This document shows, piece by piece, positions 10,268-19,494 of a stretch of 64,000 bases of DNA (the stretch's first letter is position 1; every line of letters begins with the position of its first letter). The position numbers and the translations under genes are program-made. Below the pieces are notes generated by a model. That model did no database searches and was not told where the DNA came from. It saw only the letters and a list, made by a program, of their open reading frames with translations. Source of the stretch: an uncultured delta proteobacterium (GTDB lineage: Bacteria > Desulfobacterota > Desulfuromonadia > Desulfuromonadales > BM103); assembly GCA_963715335.1 (NCBI GenBank), contig CAVQRZ010000033.1, positions 25,254 through 89,253 of the forward strand. Reading direction: 5' to 3'.

Positions 10268-11491
10268 ATGCTGCTGACCCTGGCTTTTCGCAACCTCTGG
10301 CGCAACCGACGCCGCACCCTGCTGACTCTCTCGGCAATGGTGGTCTCAGCCGCATTGCTGATCCTCGCCCTCGGCGTCTTTTCCGGCATGTTCCGGGATA
10401 TGCTGGCTTCCGCTACCGAGCAATATTACGGGCACCTGGTCCTGGCGCATGCCGACTATCATGAACGACGCGACCTGTTTGCCAATCTCGACGAAGAGAT
10501 CGCATCCCGGTATATCTCCAGAGAAGACCCCGAAATCATCGGCATGTCGCCGCGGCTGCGCAGCTTCGGCCTGATCTCGCTTCTGGAGACCAGTCAACCG
10601 GTGGAAATACTCGGCATCATCCCCGATAAGGAGAAGCAGGTCACGTCACTACAAACCAAGCTAATTGCCGGCGTTTACCCCTCTGATGCGGTAAGCAACG
10701 GTGCACTGATCGGCCAGGGGCTTGCCCGCAAACTGAGAGTGAAGACCGGCGACGAGATGGTCTTCGTCACCCAGGCGGCTGACGGCTCAATCGGCAACGA
10801 CCTGTTGATTATCACCGGCATATTCGCAACGGGCGACAGCCGTAACGACAACAACCTGGTCCTGGCCCCCTTGCAGTGGGTCCAGAAGATCATGGTTCTG
10901 CCGGGGCGCATTCACGAAGTTGCCATAACCCTGGCCGATCCGATGCTGGCGGCCCGGGCTGCAGACCGGCTCAACCCACACTTGCCGGACAATGTGGAGA
11001 TCCTCGACTGGGGCGACCTGCTGCCGGAAATGCGCGAAGTCATTGCGGCTTACGATGTCAGCCGCATGATCATTGTCACCATCCTTTACCTGGCCACCGG
11101 TCTTGGCATTCTCAATACCTTTTTCATGTCGGTCATGGAACGGACCCGCGAGTTTGGCATCCTCATGGCACAGGGGATGCGTCCCTGGACAATCCGCGGC
11201 CTGGTCCTGCTTGAGACCTGCTTACTGGGCTGCATCGCTCTGGCGATCGGCTTGACATGCGGCGCGCTTATGACCCTTTACATGCAGCAAATCGGAATCG
11301 ACCTGGCTGAATACATCACTCCGGTTACTTATGCAGGCGGTACGATCCTGCCGCGCCTGCATGCCGTGTTTGAGGCGGGCAACTTCTACGTTCCTGCCGG
11401 CATGTTGCTGCTCGTCAGCCTGATCGCCGGTTTCCTGCCAGCCAACCGGGCGGCACGCCTCGATCCGGTCCAGGCAATCAGGGAGGTGTGA
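10268..11491 (+). CDS. ABC transporter permease, LolE/FtsX-MacB type
   Basis: AFRNLWRNRRRTLLT, MSVMERTREFGIL, PANRAARLDPVQA motifs. Confidence 0.9.
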   Translation: MLLTLAFRNLWRNRRRTLLTLSAMVVSAALLILALGVFSGMFRDMLASATEQYYGHLVLAHADYHERRDLFANLDEEIASRYISREDPEIIGMSPRLRSFGLISLLETSQPVEILGIIPDKEKQVTSLQTKLIAGVYPSDAVSNGALIGQGLARKLRVKTGDEMVFVTQAADGSIGNDLLIITGIFATGDSRNDNNLVLAPLQWVQKIMVLPGRIHEVAITLADPMLAARAADRLNPHLPDNVEILDWGDLLPEMREVIAAYDVSRMIIVTILYLATGLGILNTFFMSVMERTREFGILMAQGMRPWTIRGLVLLETCLLGCIALAIGLTCGALMTLYMQQIGIDLAEYITPVTYAGGTILPRLHAVFEAGNFYVPAGMLLLVSLIAGFLPANRAARLDPVQAIREV

Positions 11492-11494
11492 CGC

Positions 11495-12727
11495 ATGGAT
11501 CTCGTCAGACTGGCCTGGAAGAATATCTGGCGCAACCGGCGCCGCACGCTTATCACCCTGACCGCCATCGCCTTCAGCATCATGCTGGTGCAGGCGTTGC
11601 ACAACCTGTCTTACGGTGTCTACGCGGGGATGGTCGACAGCGGTGTGCGCGCCGGCTCGGGGCATATTGCCATCTACCGCAACAACTATCTTGAGAGCCG
11701 CGACGAAACCCTGCATTTCAGGGATGGCTCCCTGATTGACGACATCTCGCAGATCGACGGCGTCGAACAGGTCCTGCCTCGCCTGTATATCCCCGCGCTC
11801 GCTCAATCAAGCCGGGAAAGCCGGGGAGTAATGCTGATCGGGGTTGATCCGGAGCGGGAACGCCGGATCAACCCTTTTCTTAAAACAATCCCTGCCGACA
11901 GCATGATTCGTGCTGTGGATTCCCGCGACGCAGTGATCGGGGCCAGGCTGCTCGACGAACTGCAGATCCTGCCTGGCCAGAAATTCGTTGTCACGGCACG
12001 GCATGAGGACGGGACCCTGCACAGCGAACTGCTGCGCGTGCGCGGTGTCGTCAACTCCGGCATGAAGGATATCGACAGTTCACTGATCCTGGTCGGCCGT
12101 GGACGTGCGGCCCTGTTGACCGGCAACTCCGGTTCGGTCCATGAACTGGCTGTGATTCTCACGGAGGCAGGGCTGGAGGCGGCGGTCCATCGACAGGTTG
12201 CGGCAATGCTGTCGGCGGAACAGGATATCCTGGCGGTCAGCTGGGAAGAGGCGATGCCGAATCTTGCAAACGCCATCAAGCTGGACTATGCAAGCCAGAA
12301 GTTCATCTTTATGATTATCCTGCTGATCGTCGCGATTGGTGTCATCAACACCCTGCTGATGTCCGTCATGGAGCGCATGCGTGAGTTTGGCGTTATCCTT
12401 GCCCTGGGCTCGAAGCCGATGACCCTGCGCTGCATGATCATGCTGGAAGCCATGATCCTGGGGTTGCTCGCCGCGGCCGTTGGCACGGTACTCGGGTGCC
12501 TGGCAACCTGGTACCTGGTTGCGGTGGGTATTGACCTGGCTGACCTGGTCCCGGAAACCCTTGAATTCGGCGGGGTTGTTTTCGATCCGATCATGCGGGC
12601 CAGCTGGGACCCGACATGGATGTTCCGCATAGCCGTTTATGTGGTCGGCCTGACTCTGCTTGCGGCAGCCTATCCTGCCATCAAGGCCGGGCGCACCACG
12701 CCATTGGAAGGGATGCGCCATCATTAA
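11495..12727 (+). CDS. ABC transporter permease, LolE/FtsX-MacB type (second)
   Basis: AWKNIWRNRRRTLIT, MSVMERMREFGV, YPAIKA motifs. Confidence 0.9.
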   Translation: MDLVRLAWKNIWRNRRRTLITLTAIAFSIMLVQALHNLSYGVYAGMVDSGVRAGSGHIAIYRNNYLESRDETLHFRDGSLIDDISQIDGVEQVLPRLYIPALAQSSRESRGVMLIGVDPERERRINPFLKTIPADSMIRAVDSRDAVIGARLLDELQILPGQKFVVTARHEDGTLHSELLRVRGVVNSGMKDIDSSLILVGRGRAALLTGNSGSVHELAVILTEAGLEAAVHRQVAAMLSAEQDILAVSWEEAMPNLANAIKLDYASQKFIFMIILLIVAIGVINTLLMSVMERMREFGVILALGSKPMTLRCMIMLEAMILGLLAAAVGTVLGCLATWYLVAVGIDLADLVPETLEFGGVVFDPIMRASWDPTWMFRIAVYVVGLTLLAAAYPAIKAGRTTPLEGMRHH

Positions 12728-12735
12728 ACAAGGAA

Positions 12736-12798
12736 GCGCGTGGCGCGTAGCGAGTAGTGCGATTTTTCTCGCCACTCGCCACTCGCCATTCGCCACGA
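12736..12798. repeat. Inverted heptamer repeat hairpin (GCGMGTR)n ... (CTCGCCA)n
   Basis: gcgcgtggcgcgtagcgagtag ... ctcgccactcgccactcgccattcgcca between the permease and ATPase genes. Confidence 0.7.
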
Positions 12799-12802
12799 GA
12801 AA

Positions 12803-13492
12803 ATGTCTCTGATTGAACTGCAGAATGTTTCAAGAATATACCGCCTTGGCAACCAGGAGATCCGGGCCCTCACGGACGTGTCCCTGACTTTCGAGGCCGG
12901 AGAGTTCGCCGTATTCGCCGGACCATCCGGCAGCGGCAAGACAACGGCTTTGAACCTGATCGGCTGCCTTGATCACCCGACCTCCGGGCACGTCATCGTC
13001 AATGGGCTCGACCTCGGTACGGCCAGCAAGAGAGCGTTGGCAGATTTTCGTCTGCAGAACATCGGCTTTATCTTCCAGTCGTACAACCTGATTCCGGTTC
13101 TGACCGCCGCCGAGAATGCCGAATTCACCCTGATGTTGCAGAAAGTCCCGAAACCGGCGCGTCGGCAGAAAGTGCTCAGGTTGTTTGCCGAACTCGGCAT
13201 CGATGGGCTGGAAAACCGTCGCCCCGTTGATCTGTCGGGTGGCCAACAACAGCGGGTGGCGATTGCCAGGGCCATGGCGGCAGACCCGCACGTCATTCTG
13301 GCGGACGAGCCAACAGCCAACCTCGATTCCCGCACGGCCGAGGAACTTCTGGAGCTGATGCGACGACTCAACCGGGAGCAGGGCACCACCTTCATCTTCA
13401 GTTCCCACGATGACAGGGTCATCGCACAGGCGCGCAGGGTCATCCACTTGCAGGACGGCGGCCTGACCGATGACGTAACGACCAGCACATGA
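12803..13492 (+). CDS. ABC transporter ATP-binding protein (LolD/MacB-like)
   Basis: Walker A GPSGSGKT, LSGGQQQRVAIARA, ILADEPTANLD. Confidence 0.95.
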   Translation: MSLIELQNVSRIYRLGNQEIRALTDVSLTFEAGEFAVFAGPSGSGKTTALNLIGCLDHPTSGHVIVNGLDLGTASKRALADFRLQNIGFIFQSYNLIPVLTAAENAEFTLMLQKVPKPARRQKVLRLFAELGIDGLENRRPVDLSGGQQQRVAIARAMAADPHVILADEPTANLDSRTAEELLELMRRLNREQGTTFIFSSHDDRVIAQARRVIHLQDGGLTDDVTTST

Positions 13493-14715
13493 ATTTCATC
13501 AAGCTGAAGATCGCACGCTGTCTGTACAGTATAATCTTCTGCCATGCGGTGGTCTTGCTACCCGTGCCTGCTCTGGCTGAGGGGCTGCAATGGAGCGGCT
13601 TCGTCAAGTCGCTCAACGTGTATATCGAGGAGGCGCCTGCCGGCCTGGCACCCGAATACTGGATCAGCAGCAATAATGCCCGGCTGGATGTCACATGGCA
13701 GTTATCTGATACCTGGCAGCTTGAGACGGCGCTTGACTACCAGTACCTCTGGAGCGATCCTGCCGGGTTTCACGGGCTTGAAACCATTGATTATAATCGC
13801 AGGCTTGACCTGGAGAAGAGCTGGCAACACGACGAACATGGCGCCAGCCGCTTGCAGGTCGATCGTATCAACCTGCAGCGGCAGAACGGAGCTGTCGATA
13901 CGACTATTGGTCGGCAGGCAATCGGCTTCGGTCGCATCCTCGTCTTCTCACCACTCGATGTTATTGCCCCTTTCGCTCCTGATGCAATTGACACGGACGT
14001 GCGCAGCGGCGTCGATGCCCTGCATACGATCTTCAATTACGGCATTGATGGACAGGTCGGTGCCATCGCGGTGTGGGGGGAGGAGGCTGAGTTCAACTCC
14101 TATCTCGGCACCTGGTCGGATAACCGGGCCGGGCTCGACCTCCTGATGATCGGTGGCAAACTGCGCGGCCGCAACATGATTGGCACCGGGCTTGCCGGCA
14201 GCCTCGGGACACTTGGCCTGAAGGGTGAAATCAGCGTCTATGACGGCAAAGACACCGGCGAAATCGACGGCGACCTGCATGATTCTTTCACGGTTGCAGC
14301 AGTTGAGGCGTGGTACCGCTTTGCAAATGGCCTTTCACTGGTCACCCAGTATCTTTATAACGGCCCCGGAGTCAATGACCCCGAAGATTATCCTGCAGCT
14401 CTCGCATCGGCCCCCTTGCAGGAAGGGTTGACCTACCTGCTCGGTCGGCATTACCTGATTATTGCGCCCGCCTACGAGATCCACCCCCTGGCAACATTAC
14501 AGGGGCTGATTATTTACAATATCGACGATGAATCAGCGTTGCTGCGTCCCACCCTCGACCTCAGCCTGGCTGACAATCTTTCCCTGCAGGCGTTCTGGAC
14601 CTGGCATTCCGGAGAATCCCCGGAAGCTGTCTCGTCGTTGCTGCCGGCGCTGCCACGCAGTGAATTCGGTACGTTCGGTGACAGTGGCGGGGTCTTTATC
14701 AAGTGGTTTTTTTAA
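13489..14715 (+). CDS. Putative outer-membrane beta-barrel partner of the ABC system
   Basis: Signal peptide, alternating amphipathic strands, GRQAIGFG motif, C-terminal aromatic end (IKWFF). Confidence 0.7.
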   Translation: MNFIKLKIARCLYSIIFCHAVVLLPVPALAEGLQWSGFVKSLNVYIEEAPAGLAPEYWISSNNARLDVTWQLSDTWQLETALDYQYLWSDPAGFHGLETIDYNRRLDLEKSWQHDEHGASRLQVDRINLQRQNGAVDTTIGRQAIGFGRILVFSPLDVIAPFAPDAIDTDVRSGVDALHTIFNYGIDGQVGAIAVWGEEAEFNSYLGTWSDNRAGLDLLMIGGKLRGRNMIGTGLAGSLGTLGLKGEISVYDGKDTGEIDGDLHDSFTVAAVEAWYRFANGLSLVTQYLYNGPGVNDPEDYPAALASAPLQEGLTYLLGRHYLIIAPAYEIHPLATLQGLIIYNIDDESALLRPTLDLSLADNLSLQAFWTWHSGESPEAVSSLLPALPRSEFGTFGDSGGVFIKWFF

Positions 14716-14799
14716 GTCCCATCCCCCCCCAACAAAAAAAACGCGTCGAGCTGTTGCAGGCACGTAAATATCTGTTAGTATTAGTTAATATTGCTCTAA

Positions 14800-15102
14800 G
14801 TTGCAGTTCTGAAATTCACCATCCAGATCGAGTTCGATTTCGACCGAGCCGGGGTATGCCCCGCATATCGAGACGTCCTCCGTAAAGCAGCTGCGTTCAT
14901 CAACAAGTACCCGGACACCCAGTTCCTGATTGCCGGGCACACTGACAGCAGGGGGGTCGAAGAATTCGGCATTGCGGCCCATTTGATGACACCGCGCGGC
15001 TATGGCGAGAGTCAACCGGTTGCAAGCAATGACACCGACGAAGGTCGTCAGGCTAACCGCCGCGTCGAAGTGATCTGCTGTGTGATCCTTCCACCAGCAT
15101 AA
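14800..15102 (+). pseudogene. OmpA/Pal C-terminal peptidoglycan-binding domain remnant
   Basis: Manual translation IEFDFDRA...FLIAGHTDSRG|VEEFGIAA, then frameshift to RGYGESQPVASNDTDEGRQANRRVEVICC. No start codon; the NxxLSxxRA helix is missing. Confidence 0.75.
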
Positions 15103-15248
15103 AAATTTATTGCAGGCAACAGAGGGACAAAGGGCCGACAATGGGGTGTCGGCCCTTTTATTTTATCGATGCCAGTCGAGCTTCTGCAGCGCTCACCGCG
15201 AGGCAGAATGGCATTGCAGTGAACGGGTCGCGATCGGGGATTAAATCA

Positions 15249-15896
15249 TCAGCGGAGACGCTCGGCTACCATCAGGTAAGGGGCCTGGTCGCGATTGGCA
15301 ACGCGCAACAGGAGAACTTGCCATATGTCGCGCGGCAGGGTGGTGAACAAGTTGTCGACCCTCTGCGCCTCTTCCATCCCCCCGCAGTGGCCAGGGTAAA
15401 CCGTAACCGCAAGGCGACCACCAACCGACAACAGGTCAAGCGACTGCGTAATGGCCGAAAGAGTCGACTCGGGACGGGTAATCAGCGTGCGGTCGCCTCC
15501 GGGGAGATACCCGAGGTTTGCCGTAATTGCCATGGCACGGCGCGACAGCAGTCTCTTCAGGGAACTGTGACAGGCATGCACCAGGACGATCTCATGTCCT
15601 GTCGGGATCTCCCGGTCCTCTGTCCAGCTCTCTACAGCATAGCCATGGCCCTGCAGCAATTCACCAGTCTGTTGCAGTGCTCCGGCCTGCGTATCGAATG
15701 ACACCACCTGCCCTGCATGCCCAACCGCTTCTGCAAGGGCAAGGGTATCACGACCTTTACCCGCAGTCAGGTCAATGGCCAAGTCGCCAGGGTTGAGAAC
15801 CTCGCAGACCAGCTTCTGGCTCCAGGTGACAATGCGGATCAGGGAAGAACGGTTTATTGGTAGAGCGCGTCCCTCACTTCGCGCTTCGCACTTCAT
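15249..15896 (-). CDS. SAM-dependent methyltransferase, YtqB/MnmM-like (true start probably ~30 nt downstream)
   Basis: AIDLTAGKGRDT, NLGYLPGGD, ITRPEST, VYPGHCGGMEE motifs. Confidence 0.8.
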   Translation of the reverse strand: MKCEARSEGRALPINRSSLIRIVTWSQKLVCEVLNPGDLAIDLTAGKGRDTLALAEAVGHAGQVVSFDTQAGALQQTGELLQGHGYAVESWTEDREIPTGHEIVLVHACHSSLKRLLSRRAMAITANLGYLPGGDRTLITRPESTLSAITQSLDLLSVGGRLAVTVYPGHCGGMEEAQRVDNLFTTLPRDIWQVLLLRVANRDQAPYLMVAERLR

Positions 15897-16332
15897 CCAG
15901 TACCTTCAGCTTGCGATCAATCACATCCTTGTGATCAAGACGCAGCAGGGCTGCCAGTTGTCGGGCCAGTGCATCCTCGAATTTATCGAGCGTGCCGTCT
16001 GCATAAATCACTCGCCAGATCCCTTCCATGACATCCGCTTTTTCCTCGCGGCTGAAATGGGCATTGATCTCCCGGGCAAATTGAAAAAGGTCTGCACTCT
16101 CTTCACGATGCTGGTGAGAATAATCGATCAACTCGGCAACCGCTGCTGGCGAAAGGTTGAATGTGTTGGCAAGCAGTTCGTGGACAATTTTTGCCTCGAC
16201 GGACTGGTAGTGCCCATCACTGTGGGCAACCTCCATAAGCAAAGCGCAGGTGGCCACCTGGACCCTCTCAAAGCGGCCTTCCTCGGCAGACACAGCGTCA
16301 GCCTGCAATAATGACATGATCCGGTCGAACAT
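15874..16332 (-). CDS. TerB-family tellurite-resistance-like protein
   Basis: ALLMEVAHSDG and WRVIYADGTLDKFE motifs. Confidence 0.8.
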   Translation of the reverse strand: MFDRIMSLLQADAVSAEEGRFERVQVATCALLMEVAHSDGHYQSVEAKIVHELLANTFNLSPAAVAELIDYSHQHREESADLFQFAREINAHFSREEKADVMEGIWRVIYADGTLDKFEDALARQLAALLRLDHKDVIDRKLKVLDEVRSAK

Positions 16333-16337
16333 CTGCT

Positions 16338-16676
16338 TTACGCATCCTTGTGAAAGTTGATAATCCGGGCCTTTTCCAGGGTAACCAAGCCGCCCTGGAG
16401 CATATCTTCGATAAGTGGTAGCACGTCATCAATCTTGTCCTGGCGATCAACGACTTCAATGACCACCGGCAGATCGCTGCTTAAACGCAAGAAGCGGTCG
16501 GAATGCACCTTACTCCGGCCACCGTAGCCCATGGCACCCTTTATGACCGTGGCTCCGGCCACCCCCTGATCACGAAACAGCTCAATCAGGGCTTCGTAGA
16601 GAGGCTGCTTCTGGAAGCGATCGCTCTCGCCGACAAAGATTCGCAACAGCACCATCTCTTCCTGTTTTAACATCAT
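16338..16676 (-). CDS. DUF190 (PII-like) protein, CrcB-associated
   Basis: LLRIFVGESD, GATVIKGAMGYG, LSSDLPVVIEVVD; start ATG 16676 after GAGGAG. Confidence 0.85.
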   Translation of the reverse strand: MMLKQEEMVLLRIFVGESDRFQKQPLYEALIELFRDQGVAGATVIKGAMGYGGRSKVHSDRFLRLSSDLPVVIEVVDRQDKIDDVLPLIEDMLQGGLVTLEKARIINFHKDA

Positions 16677-16686
16677 CTCCTCGCTT

Positions 16687-17061
16687 TCATATCTGGCGCG
16701 CCAGATAGATGCCGACAACAGCGGCCGCGACACAAACTATCACATTGAGCAGGATATTTGCCCCGGCAGCAACCAGGCTCCCCTCTTCCAGCAGCCGAAC
16801 GGTTTCGTAGGAAAAGGTTGAAAAGGTTGTGAACCCACCCAAGAAGCCAACTGTCAGGCCGATGCGCAGATCCGGGCTCAGGAGCGTACTGCGCAGGCTG
16901 CCTTCCATGATCAGGCCGAGCAGCAGAGAGCCGATCACGTTGACGGCCAGGGTACCATAAGGGAAGGTTCTTCCCGCGAGGTTATACATCCAGCCAGAGA
17001 TCAGGTAGCGGGTGACGCAGCCAAGTCCACCGAATATGCCAAGATAGAAAATTTTCACCAA
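16687..17061 (-). CDS. crcB: Fluoride efflux channel Fluc/CrcB
   Basis: GGLGCVTRY, FPYGTLAVN, GFLGGFTTFSTF motifs. Confidence 0.95.
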   Translation of the reverse strand: MVKIFYLGIFGGLGCVTRYLISGWMYNLAGRTFPYGTLAVNVIGSLLLGLIMEGSLRSTLLSPDLRIGLTVGFLGGFTTFSTFSYETVRLLEEGSLVAAGANILLNVIVCVAAAVVGIYLARQI

Positions 17062-17072
17062 AACCGTGCTTT

Positions 17073-17219
17073 CTAGAAATGTTTTTGAAAAAGTGCGTCG
17101 AATTCAGAGCCGCAAGCCGGGCAAAGAACTCTCCCCCTCTCCCTGTCCGGATTGGTAGCGCACGCAGATGCCAAAGCTATCAAGGCAAGACCCACAATCA
17201 ACCAGCGAAAGATGTGCAT
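17073..17219 (-). CDS. Unlisted 48-aa small lipoprotein with a CxxC motif
   Basis: RBS AGGAGG, then MHIFRWLIVGLALIALASA-CATNPDRERGRVLCPACGSEFDALFQKHF*; ends 11 nt before the crcB start. Confidence 0.7.
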   Translation of the reverse strand: MHIFRWLIVGLALIALASACATNPDRERGRVLCPACGSEFDALFQKHF

Positions 17220-17357
17220 GGCTTTCCTCCTGATCCCGTTTCGACCACAAAGCAGATTTCGCAGACATTATGCGGGGGGGCCTGCAAAGTGTCAACTGAT
17301 CCGGCAGGATTTTCATTGATTGCCCTTGCGCAATGACATTCAATTTGGTATATATAT

Positions 17358-17384
17358 TTGGCACTCTCCATACATGAGTGCCAA
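17358..17384. promoter_or_regulatory. CIRCE operator (HrcA site) upstream of rpoH
   Basis: TTGGCACTC-N9(TCCATACAT)-GAGTGCCAA, a perfect inverted repeat matching the CIRCE pattern TTAGCACTC-N9-GAGTGCTAA. Confidence 0.9.
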
Positions 17385-17411
17385 CACATCGATCTTAAAA
17401 GGTAAAAACGC

Positions 17412-18257
17412 ATGAATACACTAAACTTACCCGTCACATCCGATACTTTCGAGCACTACATGGTGCAGGTAAACAGGTTTGATCTGTTAAGCGCCGAAGA
17501 AGAGTACGATCTGGCAGTCAGGCATATGCGCGATGGTGACATGGCCTCCGCCCATCGCCTGATCTGTGCCAACCTGCGTTTTGTCGTCAAGGTTGCCAAC
17601 GAATACCGTGGTTATGGTCTGCGCCTGCTCGATCTCGTTCAGGAGGGCAATGTCGGACTGATGATGGCCGTCAAGAAATTCGACCCGGCCCGTGGCACGC
17701 GCCTGATCACCTATGCCGTCTGGTGGATTCGCGCCTACATACAGAGCTACATCATGCGCAACTGGTCGCTGGTCAAAATCGGCACGACCCAGATGCAGAA
17801 GAAACTTTTCTTCAAGCTTGCCCAGACCCGTAATGCCCTGCTCAACCATACCGGGACTGAGGATCTTGGGGAGATCGCCCGGGAGCTTGATGTTAATGAA
17901 GAGGTCGTTAGCGAGATGAGCCAGCGCATGGGCCGCCGGGACGCCTCGCTCGATGTCGAACTAACCGAAGGCGAAGGCTATACATTGCTCCACACTCTGC
18001 CTGACAGAGCCGACAATCAGGAGACTCTTCTGCTTGCAAACGAGGAACACCGGCTGAACAAGGAGAGGACGCAGACGGCCCTGTCAATTCTGAACGTGCG
18101 TGAACGCCATATTATCAGGCAACGGATTCTCGCTGATTCCCCGTCCACCCTGCAGGACATTGCCGATGAATACGGCATCAGTCGTGAGCGTGTCCGCCAA
18201 ATAGAACAGAACGCCCTGCAGAAACTGCGCAAGGCAATGACAGACGAACCCGGCTGA
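17412..18257 (+). CDS. rpoH: RNA polymerase sigma-32 factor
   Basis: Sigma-70 regions 2 and 4; RpoH box SLVKIGTTQMQKKLFFKL. Confidence 0.95.
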   Translation: MNTLNLPVTSDTFEHYMVQVNRFDLLSAEEEYDLAVRHMRDGDMASAHRLICANLRFVVKVANEYRGYGLRLLDLVQEGNVGLMMAVKKFDPARGTRLITYAVWWIRAYIQSYIMRNWSLVKIGTTQMQKKLFFKLAQTRNALLNHTGTEDLGEIARELDVNEEVVSEMSQRMGRRDASLDVELTEGEGYTLLHTLPDRADNQETLLLANEEHRLNKERTQTALSILNVRERHIIRQRILADSPSTLQDIADEYGISRERVRQIEQNALQKLRKAMTDEPG

Positions 18258-18372
18258 AAACCGCTTCCGCCATTGAAGAAACCATTGACAAACTGCTTGT
18301 GATACCGTTATTTAGTGGCTTCACCTTCAAGCAGCCTGCGTATTACCAATCTCATCGTCGGGGTAAGTCAGA

Positions 18373-19119
18373 ATGTACAAAACCATAATCGCTCTTTTTG
18401 TCCTGGCGCTTGCTCTGCTCCCTGCATGCTCGTCGAAAACGGCTGTTCCTGTGGAGAAAAATGCCGGTTATTACTTTCAGGAAGGGGAAGAGTTTTTTGA
18501 AAAAGGGCTCTACAAGGATGCGATTGCCTCATGGGAGAAGGTCCGGGACAGCTACTATTCCCCCGAGTTGAACACGCTCGCGGAACTGAAAATTGCCGAA
18601 GCCCATTTCCTTTCCGAGGAGTATATCGAAGCGGCTGTCGCCTACGAGGCGTTCCTGCAGAATCATCCTGACAACCCCCGCATTCCGGACGTTCTTTATC
18701 AGGTCGGGCTCGCTTACACGTACCAGATGTTGGTCCCTGACCGGGATCAGAGTACGACCACTTATGCACTGAACGCTTTTCAGACCCTCAAAGAACGCTA
18801 TCCGAAGGATCGCCGCATCGAAGAAGTCCAGCTGTATATCGATCGCTGCCGCAACATGCTTGCAGCAAGTGATCTCAACGTAGCGAACTATTACCTGCGC
18901 ACAGGGCACTATTATGCATCGATCAGTCGGGTCGAAGGCCTGCTGGCGAAATACCCCAATTACTACCAGCGCGACAAGGCCTATTACATTCTGGGCCAGG
19001 CCTATCTGCTCATCGGCGAAAACGAAAAGTCCGCCACCGCATTCAATACCCTTTTCGATGAGTATGTAGGCAGTGAATACGCTGCGGACGCCCAGAAATT
19101 CATCGAAGAGAACAACTGA
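18373..19119 (+). CDS. bamD: Outer membrane protein assembly lipoprotein BamD
   Basis: Lipobox LPAC; TPR repeats; DRDQSTT motif; YY.R.G.Y.A region. Confidence 0.9.
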   Translation: MYKTIIALFVLALALLPACSSKTAVPVEKNAGYYFQEGEEFFEKGLYKDAIASWEKVRDSYYSPELNTLAELKIAEAHFLSEEYIEAAVAYEAFLQNHPDNPRIPDVLYQVGLAYTYQMLVPDRDQSTTTYALNAFQTLKERYPKDRRIEEVQLYIDRCRNMLAASDLNVANYYLRTGHYYASISRVEGLLAKYPNYYQRDKAYYILGQAYLLIGENEKSATAFNTLFDEYVGSEYAADAQKFIEENN

Positions 19120-19142
19120 TTTTTGCTGTCATGACAAGATTA

Positions 19143-19172
19143 AAAAGCCCGTCTGTGAAGACGGGCTTTTTT
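19143..19172 (+). terminator. Intrinsic terminator after bamD
   Basis: AAAAAGCCCGTC-tgtgaa-GACGGGCTTTTT. Confidence 0.8.
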
Positions 19173-19231
19173 GGTTTGCAGATTATCCGGTTACTGACCA
19201 GGGGCACATACAGTATACAGTATATTTTCCC

Positions 19232-19260
19232 TTGACTTGCCGGTATCCCCATACTATAAA
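19232..19260 (+). promoter_or_regulatory. Candidate sigma-70 promoter of the CoA-transferase gene
   Basis: TTGACT-N17-TATAAA. Confidence 0.55.
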
Positions 19261-19494
19261 AATGTTCTATTTTCTATGAGTGGATAGCTGAAAACACAGG
19301 GTGAGATCACTGGGCTTCTGCTGAATCGGCCATCTCGCATCAACCCGATACATTGAGGCTCCCTGCAGGCTTACGCTTTAACTGGCACAGTCATCGTCGG
19401 GATCAAGGACACTGTTTTAACAGCACCCCCTGGCCCGGCAAACGATTCAAAATTCGGAAACATTCCGAATAAATTCCATCATTGGAGGAGAGAG

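Noticed and set aside
17062..17340. Fluoride riboswitch upstream of crcB
   Set aside because: No recognisable GGCGAUGG...CGCC / UGAUG consensus on the minus strand; the space is occupied by a small ORF.
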